The notes: generated by a model from the sequence alone, not told the origin. Counted from the stretch's first letter, positions 37,948-49,872 are shown. The stretch: 64,000 bases of DNA from an uncultured Desulfovibrionaceae bacterium (GCA_964581355.1 CAZOOA010000005.1:11487-75486), one strand, 5' to 3'. A program made the numbers and translations.

Positions 37948-39096
37948 GTGTTGGTCATTCATCATACCAGGGAACAGGCAGTATACTTTCATGCCTGGAA
38001 TCAGCTTGTAGAAATCGGTCCTAAGAGAATGCAGAGGTTGTTGGAGCATTTCGGAAGCGCCTCAAGAGCCTGGAAGGCAACTTCAAAAGAATTTATCAGG
38101 ATAGAGGGTTTTGACCACAACCTGTGTCAGAAAATTGAACAAAAAAAGCGCTGTATCGACCCGGAGAAAAAGTGGGAAGAACTTGCTGCCAGCGGTATAT
38201 CCATCCTCCTTTACAGCTTCCCCGGTTATCCTTCGGCCTTGAACGATATTTATGATCCGCCAATGGTCCTGTATTACCAGGGAGATCGGGAGCTCTTAAA
38301 CACTTTATCTATAGCTATCGTGGGCAGCCGGCGCCATACCCATTACGGGAGGAAATCAGCCTCCAGGCTGGCATCGGAACTGGTTTCCAGGGATGTAACT
38401 GTTACCAGCGGCATGGCCCGGGGGATTGATACCTGGGCTCATAAGGGGGCGCTGGAAGGTAAAGGGAAAACCATTGCGGTTCTGGGTTGCGGCCTGGACA
38501 TTTGCTATCCCCCGGAGAATAAATTGTTAAAAGAAACCATCCAGGATCAGGGGTTGGTAATCAGTGAGTTTCCTCCAGGCACACAGCCAACTCCTTTGAA
38601 TTTTCCCAGGCGCAACCGAATTATCAGCGGCCTCTCCCTGGGTACTGTGGTGGTAGAAGCTGCAGTAAAAAGCGGCGCGCTGATTACGGCAGAATTTGCC
38701 CTGGAGCAGGGAAAAGAGGTATTTGCAGTTCCTGGCTCTATTGAAAGCCCCTACAGCCGGGGATGCCATAAGTTGATTAAAGAAGGGGCTAAGCTGGTCG
38801 AAGGGGTGGAAGATATCCTGGAAGAGTTTTTATCCCCTTTTTCCGGCAAGGCTTCCAACCGGGCAGACCTGGAACTTGACGAGAACGGTCTCCAGGAGCA
38901 GCTTTCCTTGGATGAAGATGAAATTAGCTTGCTGGATGTAATTCAGTTTGAACCTGTTGTCCTGGAGGAAATTGCAAAAAAGGTAAAAATACCTCTTTCC
39001 AAAATAAACCTGCTGCTTTTAGAGCTGGAACTTAAAGGCATAGTAAAACAATTGCCTGGAAATTACTATATACGGAACAAACACGGAGGTGTTTAG
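37948..39096 (+). CDS. dprA: DNA processing protein DprA (Smf)
   Basis: LVEIGPKRMQRLLEHFGS N-terminal SAM-like domain, Rossmann core IVGSRRHTHYG...VTSGMARGIDTWAH, and a C-terminal winged-helix domain. Confidence 0.9.
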   Translation: MLVIHHTREQAVYFHAWNQLVEIGPKRMQRLLEHFGSASRAWKATSKEFIRIEGFDHNLCQKIEQKKRCIDPEKKWEELAASGISILLYSFPGYPSALNDIYDPPMVLYYQGDRELLNTLSIAIVGSRRHTHYGRKSASRLASELVSRDVTVTSGMARGIDTWAHKGALEGKGKTIAVLGCGLDICYPPENKLLKETIQDQGLVISEFPPGTQPTPLNFPRRNRIISGLSLGTVVVEAAVKSGALITAEFALEQGKEVFAVPGSIESPYSRGCHKLIKEGAKLVEGVEDILEEFLSPFSGKASNRADLELDENGLQEQLSLDEDEISLLDVIQFEPVVLEEIAKKVKIPLSKINLLLLELELKGIVKQLPGNYYIRNKHGGV

Positions 39097-41217
39097 ATGA
39101 AGCTGGTTATTGTGGAATCTCCGGCCAAGGCAAGGACCATCGGCCGACTGTTGGGCAAGGGTTACCAGGTCAAAGCGTCTATGGGACACCTGGTGGATCT
39201 TCCCAAGAGCCAGTTGGGGATAGACCTGGACAACCATTTTAAACCTAAATATATAACCATCCGCGGAAAAGGCAAAATACTGCAGGAGTTGAAAGAAGCC
39301 GGCAAAAAGGCGGATAATGTTTATCTGGCCACCGACCCGGACCGGGAGGGAGAGGCCATAAGCTGGCACCTTAGCGAAACCATGGGATTGGAGAAGGACG
39401 CTCCCTGCCGCGTGGTATTTAACGAAATCACAAAAGATGCCGTCAAAAAAGCTTTTTCCAAACCAAGGCTGCTGGATCCAAACCGGTTTGAGGCTCAGCA
39501 GGCACGCCGCATCCTGGACCGGTTAGTCGGTTATTCTATCAGTCCCCTGCTGTGGAAAAAAGTGCGCAAAGGTTTAAGCGCCGGACGGGTGCAATCTGTA
39601 GCTTTAAAGCTGATCTGCGATCGTGAAAGAGAAATCCAGGTTTTCGTCCCGGAAGAATACTGGACCATTGAAGCGAACTTCCGGGAGCTCTATGATAACA
39701 ATACCTTTAAAGCCAGATTCCATGGCAAACAGGGTAAAAAAGTAAATTTGGCCACAGAAGATGAAGTGAAAGAGATTTTAGCCCTGTTGGAGCACAGCAA
39801 ATACCAGGTGAGCCGGGTGCGAGTAAGTGACCGTAAACGCAATCCGGCCCCTCCTTTTACCACCAGCACTCTACAGCAGGAAGCATCCCGCAAGCTGGGC
39901 TTTGCGACCAAAAAAACAATGATCGTCGCCCAGCAGTTGTATGAAGGTATCGAAGTAGGTAAAAAAGGTGAATCTGTCGGTCTGATCACATATATGAGGA
40001 CGGATGCAACCCGTGTATCCCCCCAGGCAGAACAGGAAGCGCGCCAGTTTATTCAAGGAAAATATGGTGAAGACTACCTGCCTGCCAAGCCAAGGCGTTT
40101 TGGGAGCCAAAAGAGGGCTCAAGAAGCTCATGAGGCCATCCGCCCCACTTCAGTGAACCGGGAACCGGATAAAATCAAACAGTTTTTAACCAAAGACCAG
40201 TACAGGGTCTATAAACTCATTTGGGAGCGTTTCCTGGCCAGCCAAATGGAGTCCGCAGTCCTGGAACAGATCAGGGCAGATATTTCAGCCGGTGAGTTTA
40301 TCTTTAAAGCCAGTGGTTCCAAGATCAAGTTTCCCGGCTTTATGGTCCTGTATATCGAGGGCGAAGACGAGGAAAAAGAAAAAGAAAATGAACTGCCTTT
40401 GCTCCAGGAGGGGCAGAACCTGGAACTGTTAGCCATGGAACCCAACCAGCATTTCACTCAACCTCCTCCACGCTATACGGAGGCGACCCTGGTAAAAACC
40501 ATGGAAAGCCAGGGGATAGGTCGTCCCAGCACCTATTCGCCGACTATAGAAACTATCTTGGGGAGAGGGTATGTGCAAAAGGAGAAGAAAGCCTTAAAGC
40601 CTACAGAGTTGGGGTTTATTGTTACTGACCAGTTAAAAGATTTTTTCCCGGAAATTTTGGATGTGGAGTTTACTGCGCAATTGGAAGATAAGCTGGATCA
40701 GGTAGAATCCGGGGATATTTCCTGGTTGAAGGTTCTGGATGAGTTTTATGAACCCTTTAAAAGCCGGCTGAAAAAAGCGGAAGAAGAAATGGAGAAAGTG
40801 GTCATTGAAGACGAGCAGACCGAGGAGGTTTGTCCACAGTGTGGTAAAAACCTGGTTAAGAAGCACGGGCGCTACGGTCCCTTTCTAGCCTGCCCCGGTT
40901 TCCCGGAGTGCCGATACACCATGCAGCCCAAGGTAGATACAGGTGTGGCCTGTCCTCAGTGCGGTGATAACCAGGGTAAAATTGTAGAACGCCGGAGCAA
41001 GAAGGGAAGAAAGTTTTTCGGCTGCAGCAATTATCCCGATTGTAAGTTTGTGCTTTGGGATAAGCCTGTTAATACCCGCTGCCCCGAATGCGGCTATCTG
41101 ATGGTTGAAAAAAGCAGTAAAAAAGAAGGGACTGTTTACCGCTGCGGAGACAAAAGTTGCGGTTACCAGGAGAAAAAAGTGTCCGAAAATGAAAAAAGTC
41201 CCGCGAAGCAAACCTGA
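39097..41217 (+). CDS. topA: DNA topoisomerase I
   Basis: MKLVIVESPAKARTI TOPRIM start, catalytic Tyr region, and C-terminal C4 zinc ribbons (CPQCG..., CPECG...). Confidence 0.95.
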   Translation: MKLVIVESPAKARTIGRLLGKGYQVKASMGHLVDLPKSQLGIDLDNHFKPKYITIRGKGKILQELKEAGKKADNVYLATDPDREGEAISWHLSETMGLEKDAPCRVVFNEITKDAVKKAFSKPRLLDPNRFEAQQARRILDRLVGYSISPLLWKKVRKGLSAGRVQSVALKLICDREREIQVFVPEEYWTIEANFRELYDNNTFKARFHGKQGKKVNLATEDEVKEILALLEHSKYQVSRVRVSDRKRNPAPPFTTSTLQQEASRKLGFATKKTMIVAQQLYEGIEVGKKGESVGLITYMRTDATRVSPQAEQEARQFIQGKYGEDYLPAKPRRFGSQKRAQEAHEAIRPTSVNREPDKIKQFLTKDQYRVYKLIWERFLASQMESAVLEQIRADISAGEFIFKASGSKIKFPGFMVLYIEGEDEEKEKENELPLLQEGQNLELLAMEPNQHFTQPPPRYTEATLVKTMESQGIGRPSTYSPTIETILGRGYVQKEKKALKPTELGFIVTDQLKDFFPEILDVEFTAQLEDKLDQVESGDISWLKVLDEFYEPFKSRLKKAEEEMEKVVIEDEQTEEVCPQCGKNLVKKHGRYGPFLACPGFPECRYTMQPKVDTGVACPQCGDNQGKIVERRSKKGRKFFGCSNYPDCKFVLWDKPVNTRCPECGYLMVEKSSKKEGTVYRCGDKSCGYQEKKVSENEKSPAKQT

Positions 41218-41295
41218 TCATCTTCAATAACAGGGGTTGGGAAGGTATAACACCGGCCCTGCCCTAAAGGGGAGGGGAAGAATATTTCCGGTAAA

Positions 41296-42606
41296 GTGAT
41301 TGTTGTAGGGGCAGGCCTGGCAGGCTCTGAAGCTGCATGGCAGATTGCACAAAGAGGAATAAATGTTGTCCTTTATGAGATGCGTCCCCAAAATATGACT
41401 CCAGCGCACCAAACCGGTTATTTTGCCGAACTGGTCTGCAGCAACTCTCTGCGTGCAGCCTCAAGGACCAACGCTGTAGGGTTGTTGAAAGAAGAAATGG
41501 AACAGCTGGATTCCTTGATCATGCAGGCGGCACGTAAGTCAAGTATTCCGGCGGGAGGCGCCCTGGCGGTAGATCGTGAAGAATTTGCCGGTTATATTAC
41601 CAGGATGTTAAAAGAGCATCCCCGGATTGAGGTGATTGAACAGGAACTTACTGCTATTCCTGAGCACAAACCGACAATTGTCGCCACTGGTCCCTTGACG
41701 TCTTCGGGCCTGGCGTCTCAACTGGAGCAGCTTACAGGTGAGGGGAAGCTGTACTTTTATGACGCCGTTGCCCCTATTGTCACCTTTGACTCAATTGACT
41801 TAACGAAGGCTTTTTTCGCTTCCCGGTATGGTAAAGGCGGGGACGATTACCTAAACTGCCCCATGAATAAAGATGAATATGAAAACTTCTGGTCGGAACT
41901 GTGCCGGGGGGAAATCTATCAACCCAAGGAATTTGAAAAAGAAGTGTTTTTTGAAGGGTGCATGCCTGTTGAAGTCCTGGCCTCCCGGGGAAAAGACACA
42001 TTACGGTTTGGGCCGTTAAAGCCTGTGGGGATCGCTGCCCCTGATGGCCAGGCAGATTTTCATGCAGTGGTCCAGTTGCGTAAAGACAATAAAGAGGGCA
42101 CTCTTTATAATATGGTTGGCTTTCAGACTCGATTGAAATGGCCTGAACAAAGGCGGATTTTTCAATTAATACCCGGGCTGGAAAATGCGGAGTTTGTCCG
42201 CTACGGCGTTATGCATCGGAACACCTTTATCAATTCACCGCTTTTACTGGAGGCCACCCTGGAGATGAAAAGCCAACCGGGGCTATTCTTTGCCGGCCAG
42301 GTTACCGGGGTAGAGGGTTATGTGGAATCGGCAGCAACGGGTATCATTGCAGGAATTAACGCTTTGTGTTATCTTCTAGGGAAACCCAGGCTGGTTTTTC
42401 CCCGGGAAACGGCAATGGGAGCATTGACCAACTATATTACCACTGCTGATCCCGGCAATTTCCAGCCGATGAATGTCAATTTCGGCTTATTTGCTCCCCT
42501 GGAAGAAAAGGTGCCCAAAAAAATACGCAAAGAGCGGATGGCTGAACGCAGCCTCGAAGCCATGTCGAGATTTCGAAAAAATTTCCAGGACTTGCTTGCA
42601 CAATAG
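41296..42606 (+). CDS. trmFO: methylenetetrahydrofolate--tRNA-(uracil54-C5)-methyltransferase TrmFO (Gid)
   Basis: [22 protein letters not shown]-binding start and [10 protein letters not shown]. The frame is open back to the topA stop, and an alternative TTG start exists at 41236. Confidence 0.9.
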   Translation: MIVVGAGLAGSEAAWQIAQRGINVVLYEMRPQNMTPAHQTGYFAELVCSNSLRAASRTNAVGLLKEEMEQLDSLIMQAARKSSIPAGGALAVDREEFAGYITRMLKEHPRIEVIEQELTAIPEHKPTIVATGPLTSSGLASQLEQLTGEGKLYFYDAVAPIVTFDSIDLTKAFFASRYGKGGDDYLNCPMNKDEYENFWSELCRGEIYQPKEFEKEVFFEGCMPVEVLASRGKDTLRFGPLKPVGIAAPDGQADFHAVVQLRKDNKEGTLYNMVGFQTRLKWPEQRRIFQLIPGLENAEFVRYGVMHRNTFINSPLLLEATLEMKSQPGLFFAGQVTGVEGYVESAATGIIAGINALCYLLGKPRLVFPRETAMGALTNYITTADPGNFQPMNVNFGLFAPLEEKVPKKIRKERMAERSLEAMSRFRKNFQDLLAQ

Positions 42607-42642
42607 AAAGGGTTATGCTAATATTGAAAAAGGAAAAAAATT

Positions 42643-43533
42643 ATGGATACTTATCTTGAGAATTTTAATGAATTCCTGAAAGTAGAAAAAAATGCTTCAA
42701 TACTGACTCTTCAAGGCTACCAGAGGGATATTAAGCAGTTTCTGCGGTTCCTCGACCAGAGCAGCCTGGATATTAACGAAGTAAGTCATTTTCATTTAAG
42801 GCAGTTTTTGGGGGTTTTAAAGGAACATGATTATGCCAGAACCACCATTGCCAGGAAGCTTTCAGCAATTCGGGTTTTTTTGCGTTTCTTAAAAAGGGAG
42901 AATGTTTTAAAGAATAATACCTGGGAGATCATTTCGACACCGAAGAAAGAAAAAAAGCTTCCCAAGTTTCTTTATTTAGACGAGGTTTTGGATTTACTGG
43001 ACTCTCCGTTAAAAAACTCGCCTTTAGGGTACCGCGATAAAGCAATCCTGGAGCTTTTTTATGCTACAGGAATCCGAGTGGGCGAAATGGCCGGCCTGAG
43101 CATCCGTTCTATCGATTGGTCAGAAAAGTCTCTGCGTGTTAAAGGAAAAGGCTCAAGGGAGCGGATTGTTCCATTAGGCCGGTACGCATTAATGGAGCTG
43201 GCACAATACCTGGAAAAAAGTCGGCATGCCCTGGCCAGCCGTTCTGACGAGGAGACAAATGCTTTGTTTTTGAACAGGTTCGGAGGTCGCCTTACTGATC
43301 GCAGTATCCGAAGGCTGGTAAGAAAGTACGGCCTGGAAGTTGCGACAACAAGCAATGTAAGCCCTCATGTCATCAGGCACAGTTTCGCCAGCCATCTGTT
43401 AAATGCGGGGGCCGATTTACGCACTGTCCAGGAACTGCTTGGGCATGTAAATATATCCACTACGCAGATTTATACACATATAACCAGGGAAGAGTTGAAA
43501 CGCACATATTTACAAAGCCACCCCAGGGCTTAA
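42643..43533 (+). CDS. xerC: tyrosine recombinase XerC/CodV-type
   Basis: R...HxxR...Y catalytic residues (VIRHSFASHLL, LGHVNISTTQIYTH). Occupies the conserved trmFO-codV-hslVU-codY position. Confidence 0.85.
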   Translation: MDTYLENFNEFLKVEKNASILTLQGYQRDIKQFLRFLDQSSLDINEVSHFHLRQFLGVLKEHDYARTTIARKLSAIRVFLRFLKRENVLKNNTWEIISTPKKEKKLPKFLYLDEVLDLLDSPLKNSPLGYRDKAILELFYATGIRVGEMAGLSIRSIDWSEKSLRVKGKGSRERIVPLGRYALMELAQYLEKSRHALASRSDEETNALFLNRFGGRLTDRSIRRLVRKYGLEVATTSNVSPHVIRHSFASHLLNAGADLRTVQELLGHVNISTTQIYTHITREELKRTYLQSHPRA

Positions 43534-43602
43534 TATGGGTTAAATTATCGAAAGCTTTTCTATATTTTGGAAATTAAATGCGCGAAAAGGGAGAATTGTT
43601 TT

Positions 43603-44133
43603 TTGTTTAAGTCAACGACAATTATCGCGGTTAAACAGGAAGAAAGGGTTGCTATAGCCGGGGATGGCCAGGTCACCCTTTCAGGGAATTATATTATGAA
43701 GCACAATGCCAACAAGGTAAGGCGCCTGTATCAGGACAGAGTCATTGCCGGGTTTGCAGGTTCTGTTGCCGACGCTTTCACCTTATTTGAGAAATTTGAA
43801 CACCAGCTGGAAAATTACCGGGGCAACCTACGCCGTGCTGCTGTTGAGCTGGCCAAGGAGTGGCGTACAGATCGCTACTTAAGGCGGCTTGAAGCGCTGC
43901 TAATCGCCGCTTCACTGGATGGAATCCTGGTAATTTCCGGGACAGGCGAAGTGATTGAGCCCGATGACGGAATAGCGGCGATTGGTTCTGGAGGCCCCCT
44001 TGCTTTGGCTGCAGCCAGGGCACTGTCCCAGAGAACCGAACTGCCAGCGGCCGATATTGCTCGCGATGCTCTTTTGGTGGCAGCAGAAATATGTGTTTAT
44101 ACAAATGATGAAGTCCTGTTAGAGGAGATTTAA
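43603..44133 (+). CDS. hslV: ATP-dependent protease subunit HslV (ClpQ)
   Basis: TTG start gives [10 protein letters not shown] with the N-terminal active-site Thr context. [28 protein letters not shown]. The ORF-track start at 43567 lacks an RBS. Confidence 0.85.
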   Translation: MFKSTTIIAVKQEERVAIAGDGQVTLSGNYIMKHNANKVRRLYQDRVIAGFAGSVADAFTLFEKFEHQLENYRGNLRRAAVELAKEWRTDRYLRRLEALLIAASLDGILVISGTGEVIEPDDGIAAIGSGGPLALAAARALSQRTELPAADIARDALLVAAEICVYTNDEVLLEEI

Positions 44134-44176
44134 CCATTTATATTCTTAGTCAAGGGAGGTGCCACATTAACAGGTA

Positions 44177-45607
44177 ATGTCATTTCTGGAAAAAGATTTA
44201 ACTCCAAAAAAAATTGTTGCAGAACTCGACAAATATGTCATCGGGCAGCTGGAAGCAAAAAAAAGCGTTGCCATTGCTTTGCGAAATCGCTACCGCAGGA
44301 AGCAGCTGGAGCCTGAGTTAAAAGACGAGGTTATACCCAAAAACATCATCATGATTGGTCCGACTGGTGTTGGGAAAACCGAAATTGCCAGAAGGTTGGC
44401 TCGCCTCGTGAGTGCTCCCTTTGTAAAAGTGGAAGCATCAAAATTTACGGAAGTGGGGTATGTTGGACGAGACGTAGATTCCATGATAAGAGACCTGGTC
44501 GAAATGTCCGTGCGAATTGTTAAAACAGAAAAAATGAAGGATCTGGAGCCAAAAGCGGCAAAAATGGCTGAAAACAGGCTTTTGGAACTGCTTTCTCCCC
44601 TGCCGGGCAAGCCAAAAAACTCTGGAAATCCCCTGGATTTTTTGTTTCAAACTTCCAAGGGGTTGGGAGGCTCTGCTGCAGAAGAAGATGACGAGCAGGA
44701 GTACGAAGAGCAGGCGCAAAAAGCAAGGGATGCTCGAGAAATCACCAAGCAAAAGTTGTTGCGTGGGGAACTTGAGGAAGTCCTTGTGGATGTAGAGGTA
44801 GATGATCGCCAACCTCCTGTAATGGAAATGTTTTCAGGCCTGGGTATGGAAGAAATGGGAATGAATTTCCAGGACCTTTTCAGCAACTTAATGCCTAAAA
44901 AAACGAAAAAGAAAAAACTTCCGGTTAAACAGGCCCGCAGAATTCTGCAACAGGAAGAAGCGGAAAAAATGGTCGACATGGATGAAATTTCTAACGAAGC
45001 CGTGGACAGGGCAGAGCAATCAGGCATTGTGTTCCTGGATGAAATCGATAAAGTTACAGGAAAAGATAGTGGACAGTCAGGACCTGATGTTTCCAGGGAA
45101 GGGGTTCAGCGGGATGTTCTGCCCATTGTGGAAGGCTCCACTGTGGTCACCAAGTATGGGCCAGTAAAAACAGATTACATGCTGTTTATTGCTGCCGGTG
45201 CGTTTCACTTCACCAAGCCATCGGATCTAATACCTGAACTGCAGGGCCGCTTTCCTATTCGCGTGGAGCTGGAGAGTCTTGAAAATGAAGACTTTAAAAA
45301 AATTCTTTTAGAACCGGAAAACGCTTTAACAAAACAGTATACTGCTCTGTTAATGACCGAGGGGGTGAGCGTGGAATTTTCTGCGGACGGAATTGAAGAA
45401 ATTGCCAATGTTGCCTGTACACTAAATGATGAAATGGAGAACATTGGAGCTAGAAGGTTACACACCATCATGGAAAAACTGTTTGAAGAAATATCATTTG
45501 AAGCGCCTGAACTAAAAGGGCAGACATTTATTATTAACAGAGAGTATGTTAAGAATAAACTAAAAGATATTGTCAAAAATAAAGATTTAAGCAAGTACAT
45601 CCTGTAA
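44177..45607 (+). CDS. hslU: ATP-dependent protease ATPase subunit HslU (ClpY)
   Basis: [17 protein letters not shown] and Walker [16 protein letters not shown]. Confidence 0.95.
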   Translation: MSFLEKDLTPKKIVAELDKYVIGQLEAKKSVAIALRNRYRRKQLEPELKDEVIPKNIIMIGPTGVGKTEIARRLARLVSAPFVKVEASKFTEVGYVGRDVDSMIRDLVEMSVRIVKTEKMKDLEPKAAKMAENRLLELLSPLPGKPKNSGNPLDFLFQTSKGLGGSAAEEDDEQEYEEQAQKARDAREITKQKLLRGELEEVLVDVEVDDRQPPVMEMFSGLGMEEMGMNFQDLFSNLMPKKTKKKKLPVKQARRILQQEEAEKMVDMDEISNEAVDRAEQSGIVFLDEIDKVTGKDSGQSGPDVSREGVQRDVLPIVEGSTVVTKYGPVKTDYMLFIAAGAFHFTKPSDLIPELQGRFPIRVELESLENEDFKKILLEPENALTKQYTALLMTEGVSVEFSADGIEEIANVACTLNDEMENIGARRLHTIMEKLFEEISFEAPELKGQTFIINREYVKNKLKDIVKNKDLSKYIL

Positions 45608-45685
45608 TGAATAGCTTGAATTATTTTTTGCAAAAGAATAGTGAATTATATTCAACGTTTCTAAAATATGAAAGAGGTGAAAAAA

Positions 45686-46486
45686 ATGGTTACTTCTTCT
45701 TTGCTAGAGAAAACCAGGCGAATCAACAAAATTCTTCAAAAAACGGGAGGACAGCGAGTTGATTTTGCAGAAGTGGCAGAAGTGCTAAAGAACGTCATAC
45801 ATGCCAATGTTTATCTTGCTACAAGGGACGGCGCAATCCTTGGTTACGCCCTGGTGGATGAGTTTGAGTGCGAAATTATGGTGAGCCAGGTCCTGAAAAG
45901 CGATGAGTTCCCCGAACGATACAACGACTTTTTGCTCCGGGATGATGAGACAAGAGTCAATTTGACCCAAAAAACAAATGACTGTGTTTTTGTCGATAAT
46001 GAAGATTGCCTTTTTACAAACAAGATTACTACAGTAGTGCCCATCATGGGTGGAGGTAAAAGATTAGGAACCTTGCTTCTGGCCCGGTTCGCAGAATCAT
46101 TTAATGCGGAAGACCTGATCCTTGCCGAGACAGGTGCAACAGTGGTGGGGATGGAAATACTGCGTTCCAAGGCAGAAAAAATTGAAGAAGAAGCAAGGAA
46201 TAAAGCTGTAGTCCAGCTGGCTATTGGAACCCTTTCCTACTCTGAGTTGGAAGCAGTGGAACATATCTTTGAAGAACTGGATGGAGATGAAGGACTGCTG
46301 GTAGCCAGTAAAATTGCCGACCAACTGGGGATAACCCGTTCGGTGATTGTGAATGCGCTGAGAAAGTTTGAGAGTGCCGGAGTGATCGAGTCCCGTTCCC
46401 TGGGGATGAAAGGGACATACATTAAAGTGCTTAACCCTTACCTTCTGGAGCAGTTGGCCAAAAAGAAAAAGACTTTCCACAAGTAG
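45686..46486 (+). CDS. codY: GTP-sensing pleiotropic repressor CodY
   Basis: Near-identical blocks to B. subtilis CodY ([44 protein letters not shown]). Confidence 0.95.
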   Translation: MVTSSLLEKTRRINKILQKTGGQRVDFAEVAEVLKNVIHANVYLATRDGAILGYALVDEFECEIMVSQVLKSDEFPERYNDFLLRDDETRVNLTQKTNDCVFVDNEDCLFTNKITTVVPIMGGGKRLGTLLLARFAESFNAEDLILAETGATVVGMEILRSKAEKIEEEARNKAVVQLAIGTLSYSELEAVEHIFEELDGDEGLLVASKIADQLGITRSVIVNALRKFESAGVIESRSLGMKGTYIKVLNPYLLEQLAKKKKTFHK

Positions 46487-46524
46487 TGAATTAACTTCTT
46501 GGCAAAACAAGAAAACTCCAATGG

Positions 46525-46559
46525 GGAACCATGGAACGTCAGTGGTTCCTCATTTTTTT
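46525..46559 (+). terminator. intrinsic terminator after codY
   Basis: GGAACCA-tggaacgtcag-TGGTTCC followed by TCATTTTTTT. Confidence 0.65.
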
Positions 46560-46583
46560 AAGGCAAATAGGGCTAACAGGAAT

Positions 46584-46611
46584 TGCTATTTGCCATGTTC
46601 TGTGTTATACT
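46584..46611 (+). promoter_or_regulatory. candidate sigma-A promoter for rpsB-tsf (-35 TTGCTA, -10 TG-extended TATACT), followed by a ~110-nt leader
   Basis: Motifs with 16-17 bp spacing, read directly. Confidence 0.4.
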
Positions 46612-46726
46612 ACCTAATGGCTTTAAAACGCACGCTGTTGAAGCCTGATAAGGGGTGCCTGGCTCATGCTAGGTTCTTTAGGGTAATGACGCAGCGGAGG
46701 AAAAACAAAACCAGGAGGTTGTGAAA

Positions 46727-47593
46727 ATGCCAGTAGTGACTATGAAACAATTATTGGAAGCCGGGGTTCATTTTGGGCATCAGACAAGGCGCTGGAATCC
46801 CAAAATGAAAGAGTTTATTTTTACAGAAAGAAATGGGATCTACATTATTGACCTGCAGAGAACTGTGCGCTTAATGGATACTGCCTACAATTTTGTTAAA
46901 GATCTGGCTTACAATGGTGAAAAAGTGCTTTTTGTGGGGACCAAGAAACAGGCACAGGAATCTATTGCAGACGAGGCAAACAAATGCGAGATGCCTTACG
47001 TTAACCAGCGCTGGTTGGGAGGCATGTTGACCAATTTTGCCACCATCAAAAAGCGTATTGACCGGCTTTTTGAACTGGAAAAAATGGAAGAAGATGGGCA
47101 CTTTGAAGTTTTACCGAAAAAAGAAGTCATTAAACTTAACCATGAAAAAGAAAAGCTGAACAAGTTCCTGGGCGGCATCAGGAACATGAAAGACCTGCCT
47201 TCGGCTGTTTTTATTGTCGACCCGCGCAAAGAAAAAATTGCAGTAGCCGAAGCCAGAAAACTTGAAATCCCCATCATTGCCATTGTTGATACGAATTGCG
47301 ACCCCGATGAGATTGACTACATTATCCCCGGCAATGATGATGCCATCAGGGCAGTAAAGCTCATCACCTCGAAAATTTCCGAGGCGGTTCTGGAGGGCAA
47401 GCAGGGATTCCAGGAAGCAGAAGCAGCGAAAAAGGAAGCAGAAGCTGCAAAGCAAACAGAGGAAACAGAAGAAGCATCGGAAGGTTCCCTGGAAGCTCCG
47501 GATCCAGCAGAGCAGGAAGCTGAAGAAGGGAAAGTCAAGCCAGAAATCCAGGAAGAGAAAACGGAATCCGATGAAAAAGTGGAACCTGCCTGA
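46727..47593 (+). CDS. rpsB: 30S ribosomal protein S2 (with acidic C-terminal extension)
   Basis: [27 protein letters not shown] is canonical. The ATG lies 8 nt after a GGAGG RBS. Confidence 0.95.
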   Translation: MPVVTMKQLLEAGVHFGHQTRRWNPKMKEFIFTERNGIYIIDLQRTVRLMDTAYNFVKDLAYNGEKVLFVGTKKQAQESIADEANKCEMPYVNQRWLGGMLTNFATIKKRIDRLFELEKMEEDGHFEVLPKKEVIKLNHEKEKLNKFLGGIRNMKDLPSAVFIVDPRKEKIAVAEARKLEIPIIAIVDTNCDPDEIDYIIPGNDDAIRAVKLITSKISEAVLEGKQGFQEAEAAKKEAEAAKQTEETEEASEGSLEAPDPAEQEAEEGKVKPEIQEEKTESDEKVEPA

Positions 47594-47659
47594 TGCCCCT
47601 GGTCTACTGATGGTTATAAGAAGTGAAATACTAAAGATAATGTTGGAGGATGTGATACA

Positions 47660-48280
47660 GTGATCACCGCTGAAATGGTAAAAAAACTCAGAGAAGCAAC
47701 AGGAGCCGGTATGATGGACTGCAAAAATGCGCTGGTTGAAACCGATGGGGACGCAGAAAAAGCTGTTGCCTTGTTGCGCGAAAAAGGTCTGTCCAAGGCG
47801 GCAAAACGTGCTGGTCGGACTGCTTCCCAGGGGATGATTGATTCCTATATACATCTGGGAGGAAAAGTGGGTGTTATGGTGGAAGTAAATTGTGAAACGG
47901 ACTTTGTTGCTCGCAACGATGAATTCAAGTCCTTTGTCAGGGATATCTGTTTACAAGTTGCTGCTACCAATCCTGCGTATTTAAGCAGGGACGATGTGCC
48001 GGAAGATATTATCAACCAAGAGAAAGACGTTTTGAAAAACCAGGCACTGCACGAAGGAAAACCGGAAAAGGTTGTTGAAAAAATTGTCGCTGGCAAGATA
48101 GAAAAATATTTTGAAGAGAACTGCCTTTTGGAGCAAGCTTTTGTAAAAGACCCGGACATCAAAGTCAGTGAATTGCTTTCCAATCTGATCGCTAAAATAG
48201 GTGAAAATATTGTTATCCGTCGCTATACCCGTTATGAAGTAGGAGAAGGTCAGGATCAGCCGGAAACCTGCTCCTCCTGA
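47660..48280 (+). CDS. tsf: elongation factor Ts (short form)
   Basis: [20 protein letters not shown] is the canonical UBA-like N-terminus. Confidence 0.95.
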   Translation: MITAEMVKKLREATGAGMMDCKNALVETDGDAEKAVALLREKGLSKAAKRAGRTASQGMIDSYIHLGGKVGVMVEVNCETDFVARNDEFKSFVRDICLQVAATNPAYLSRDDVPEDIINQEKDVLKNQALHEGKPEKVVEKIVAGKIEKYFEENCLLEQAFVKDPDIKVSELLSNLIAKIGENIVIRRYTRYEVGEGQDQPETCSS

Positions 48281-48294
48281 TATGCAACAGGAAA

Positions 48295-48322
48295 AGAACA
48301 CTTTTTAAGTGTTCTTTTTTTA
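48295..48322 (+). terminator. intrinsic terminator after tsf
   Basis: AGAACAC-tttttaa-GTGTTCT followed by a T7 tract. Confidence 0.7.
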
Positions 48323-48354
48323 AGATACTATGTTTACAAACTGGAGGTAAAGTC

Positions 48355-49083
48355 ATGACAGTGCCCGTTTACAAAAGGGTTGTCTTGAAACTAAGTGGAG
48401 AGTCCCTGGCCGGGGAACAGGGTTATGGAATTAATAATGATGTGCTAACGGACATTGCCGAGCAGATCAAGGAAGTTAAAAAGTATAATGTTGAAATTGC
48501 TGTTGTCGTTGGTGGTGGAAACATCTGGAGAGGCGTTTACGGAGGAGAGCGGGGCATGGATCGGGCAACTGCCGACTACATGGGGATGCTGGCTACAGTG
48601 CTCAACGCATTGGCCCTCCAGGATGCCCTGGAACGTATCGATGTGGATACCCGCGTCCAGTCAGCCATTGACATGCGGCAGGTCGCCGAACCTTATATTC
48701 GCAGGAGAGCCATCCGTCACCTGGAAAAAGGGCGTATTGTGATTTTTGCTGGAGGGACAGGAAACCCTTATTTTTCTACTGATACTACAGCAGCCTTACG
48801 CGCAGCTGAAATAGAAGCTGAAGTGATCCTCCTGGCCAAAGGCAAGGTAGATGCAGTTTACAACATGGACCCACTAATTAACCCTGATGCCTTTAAATAT
48901 ACGGAGTTGGATTATATTGACGTCATCAAATCGGGGCTGGGAGTAATGGACTCTACCGCTGCTTCTTTGTGTATGGACAACAAGATTACGCTGGTGGTCT
49001 TTGGGTTAAACAAGTCGGGGAATATAAAAAGAGTTATTATGGGAGAAAAGCTTGGAACAATAGTAAGGGGAGGGTTATCTTGA
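48355..49083 (+). CDS. pyrH: UMP kinase
   Basis: [21 protein letters not shown]...[11 protein letters not shown]. Confidence 0.95.
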   Translation: MTVPVYKRVVLKLSGESLAGEQGYGINNDVLTDIAEQIKEVKKYNVEIAVVVGGGNIWRGVYGGERGMDRATADYMGMLATVLNALALQDALERIDVDTRVQSAIDMRQVAEPYIRRRAIRHLEKGRIVIFAGGTGNPYFSTDTTAALRAAEIEAEVILLAKGKVDAVYNMDPLINPDAFKYTELDYIDVIKSGLGVMDSTAASLCMDNKITLVVFGLNKSGNIKRVIMGEKLGTIVRGGLS

Positions 49084-49637
49084 TGGATGAGATTTTTGCC
49101 AACGCAGAAAGTAAGATGAAAAAAAGTGTTGAAGCATTTAACAGAGAACTCTCAACGTTAAGGGCCGGCCGTGCAGTTCCTTCATTATTGGATAAAGTAA
49201 TTGTCGACTATTACAACACGCCAACCCCATTGAATCAACTGGCTACCATAACTGCACCTGAGGCCAGGTTGCTGGTTATCCAACCCTGGGATAAAAATGC
49301 GATCAAGGACATCGAAAAAGCAATCATGAAGTCTGACCTGGGATTAACGCCCAATAGTGATGGTAGTGTGATCCGGTTGACCATTCCACAGCTGACAGAA
49401 GAGCGCCGCAAGGAACTGGTCAAAGTCATCCGCAAGAAAGCGGAAGAATCGAAAGTGGCCATTCGAAATATTCGACGCGATGCCAATGACCAGTTGAAGA
49501 ACCAGGAGAAAAGCGGAAATATCTCTGAAGATGAGCTGAAAATCGGCCAGGACGAAATCCAGGAGCTTACGACCAAGCAAACAGAAGAAATTGACAAACT
49601 GATGGAAACCAAAGAAAAAGAAATAATGGAAGTTTAG
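49083..49637 (+). CDS. frr: ribosome recycling factor
   Basis: [31 protein letters not shown]. The ATG overlaps the pyrH stop by 1 nt. Confidence 0.95.
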   Translation: MDEIFANAESKMKKSVEAFNRELSTLRAGRAVPSLLDKVIVDYYNTPTPLNQLATITAPEARLLVIQPWDKNAIKDIEKAIMKSDLGLTPNSDGSVIRLTIPQLTEERRKELVKVIRKKAEESKVAIRNIRRDANDQLKNQEKSGNISEDELKIGQDEIQELTTKQTEEIDKLMETKEKEIMEV

Positions 49638-49659
49638 TGCTGAACAGGTGTGATAAAGC

Positions 49660-49872
49660 TTGCAAGTGCCCGATGTAACAGCTTTTCGTCTTGACCGTGC
49701 GGTGGAGCGGTTGGACCAACAAGGAATCAACTATTACCTGAAAAAGGTTGTGGCCAGGACGACTGCAGCAGTCATTTCAGTTCAGTGCCAACCGCAGAAT
49801 TACCGGGTGGTTAAGCAAGTTATGGATCAAGATGGCCTTCTTGAGCTAACTGTCGCCCCTGAAATGGATTAA
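49660..49872 (+). CDS. small (70 aa) possible standalone PASTA-like domain protein
   Basis: TTG start 9 nt after AGGTG. MQVPDVTAFRLDRAVERLDQQGINYYL...VISVQCQPQNYRVV...LELTVAP resembles the PASTA consensus (vPdv.G....A...L...G...........Vi.q.P..G..v.....v.l.vs). Tentative. Confidence 0.4.
   Translation: MQVPDVTAFRLDRAVERLDQQGINYYLKKVVARTTAAVISVQCQPQNYRVVKQVMDQDGLLELTVAPEMD

Noticed and set aside
46521-46724. 67-aa + ORF between codY and rpsB.
   Set aside because: It covers the codY terminator, the rpsB promoter and leader. No RBS. Spurious.
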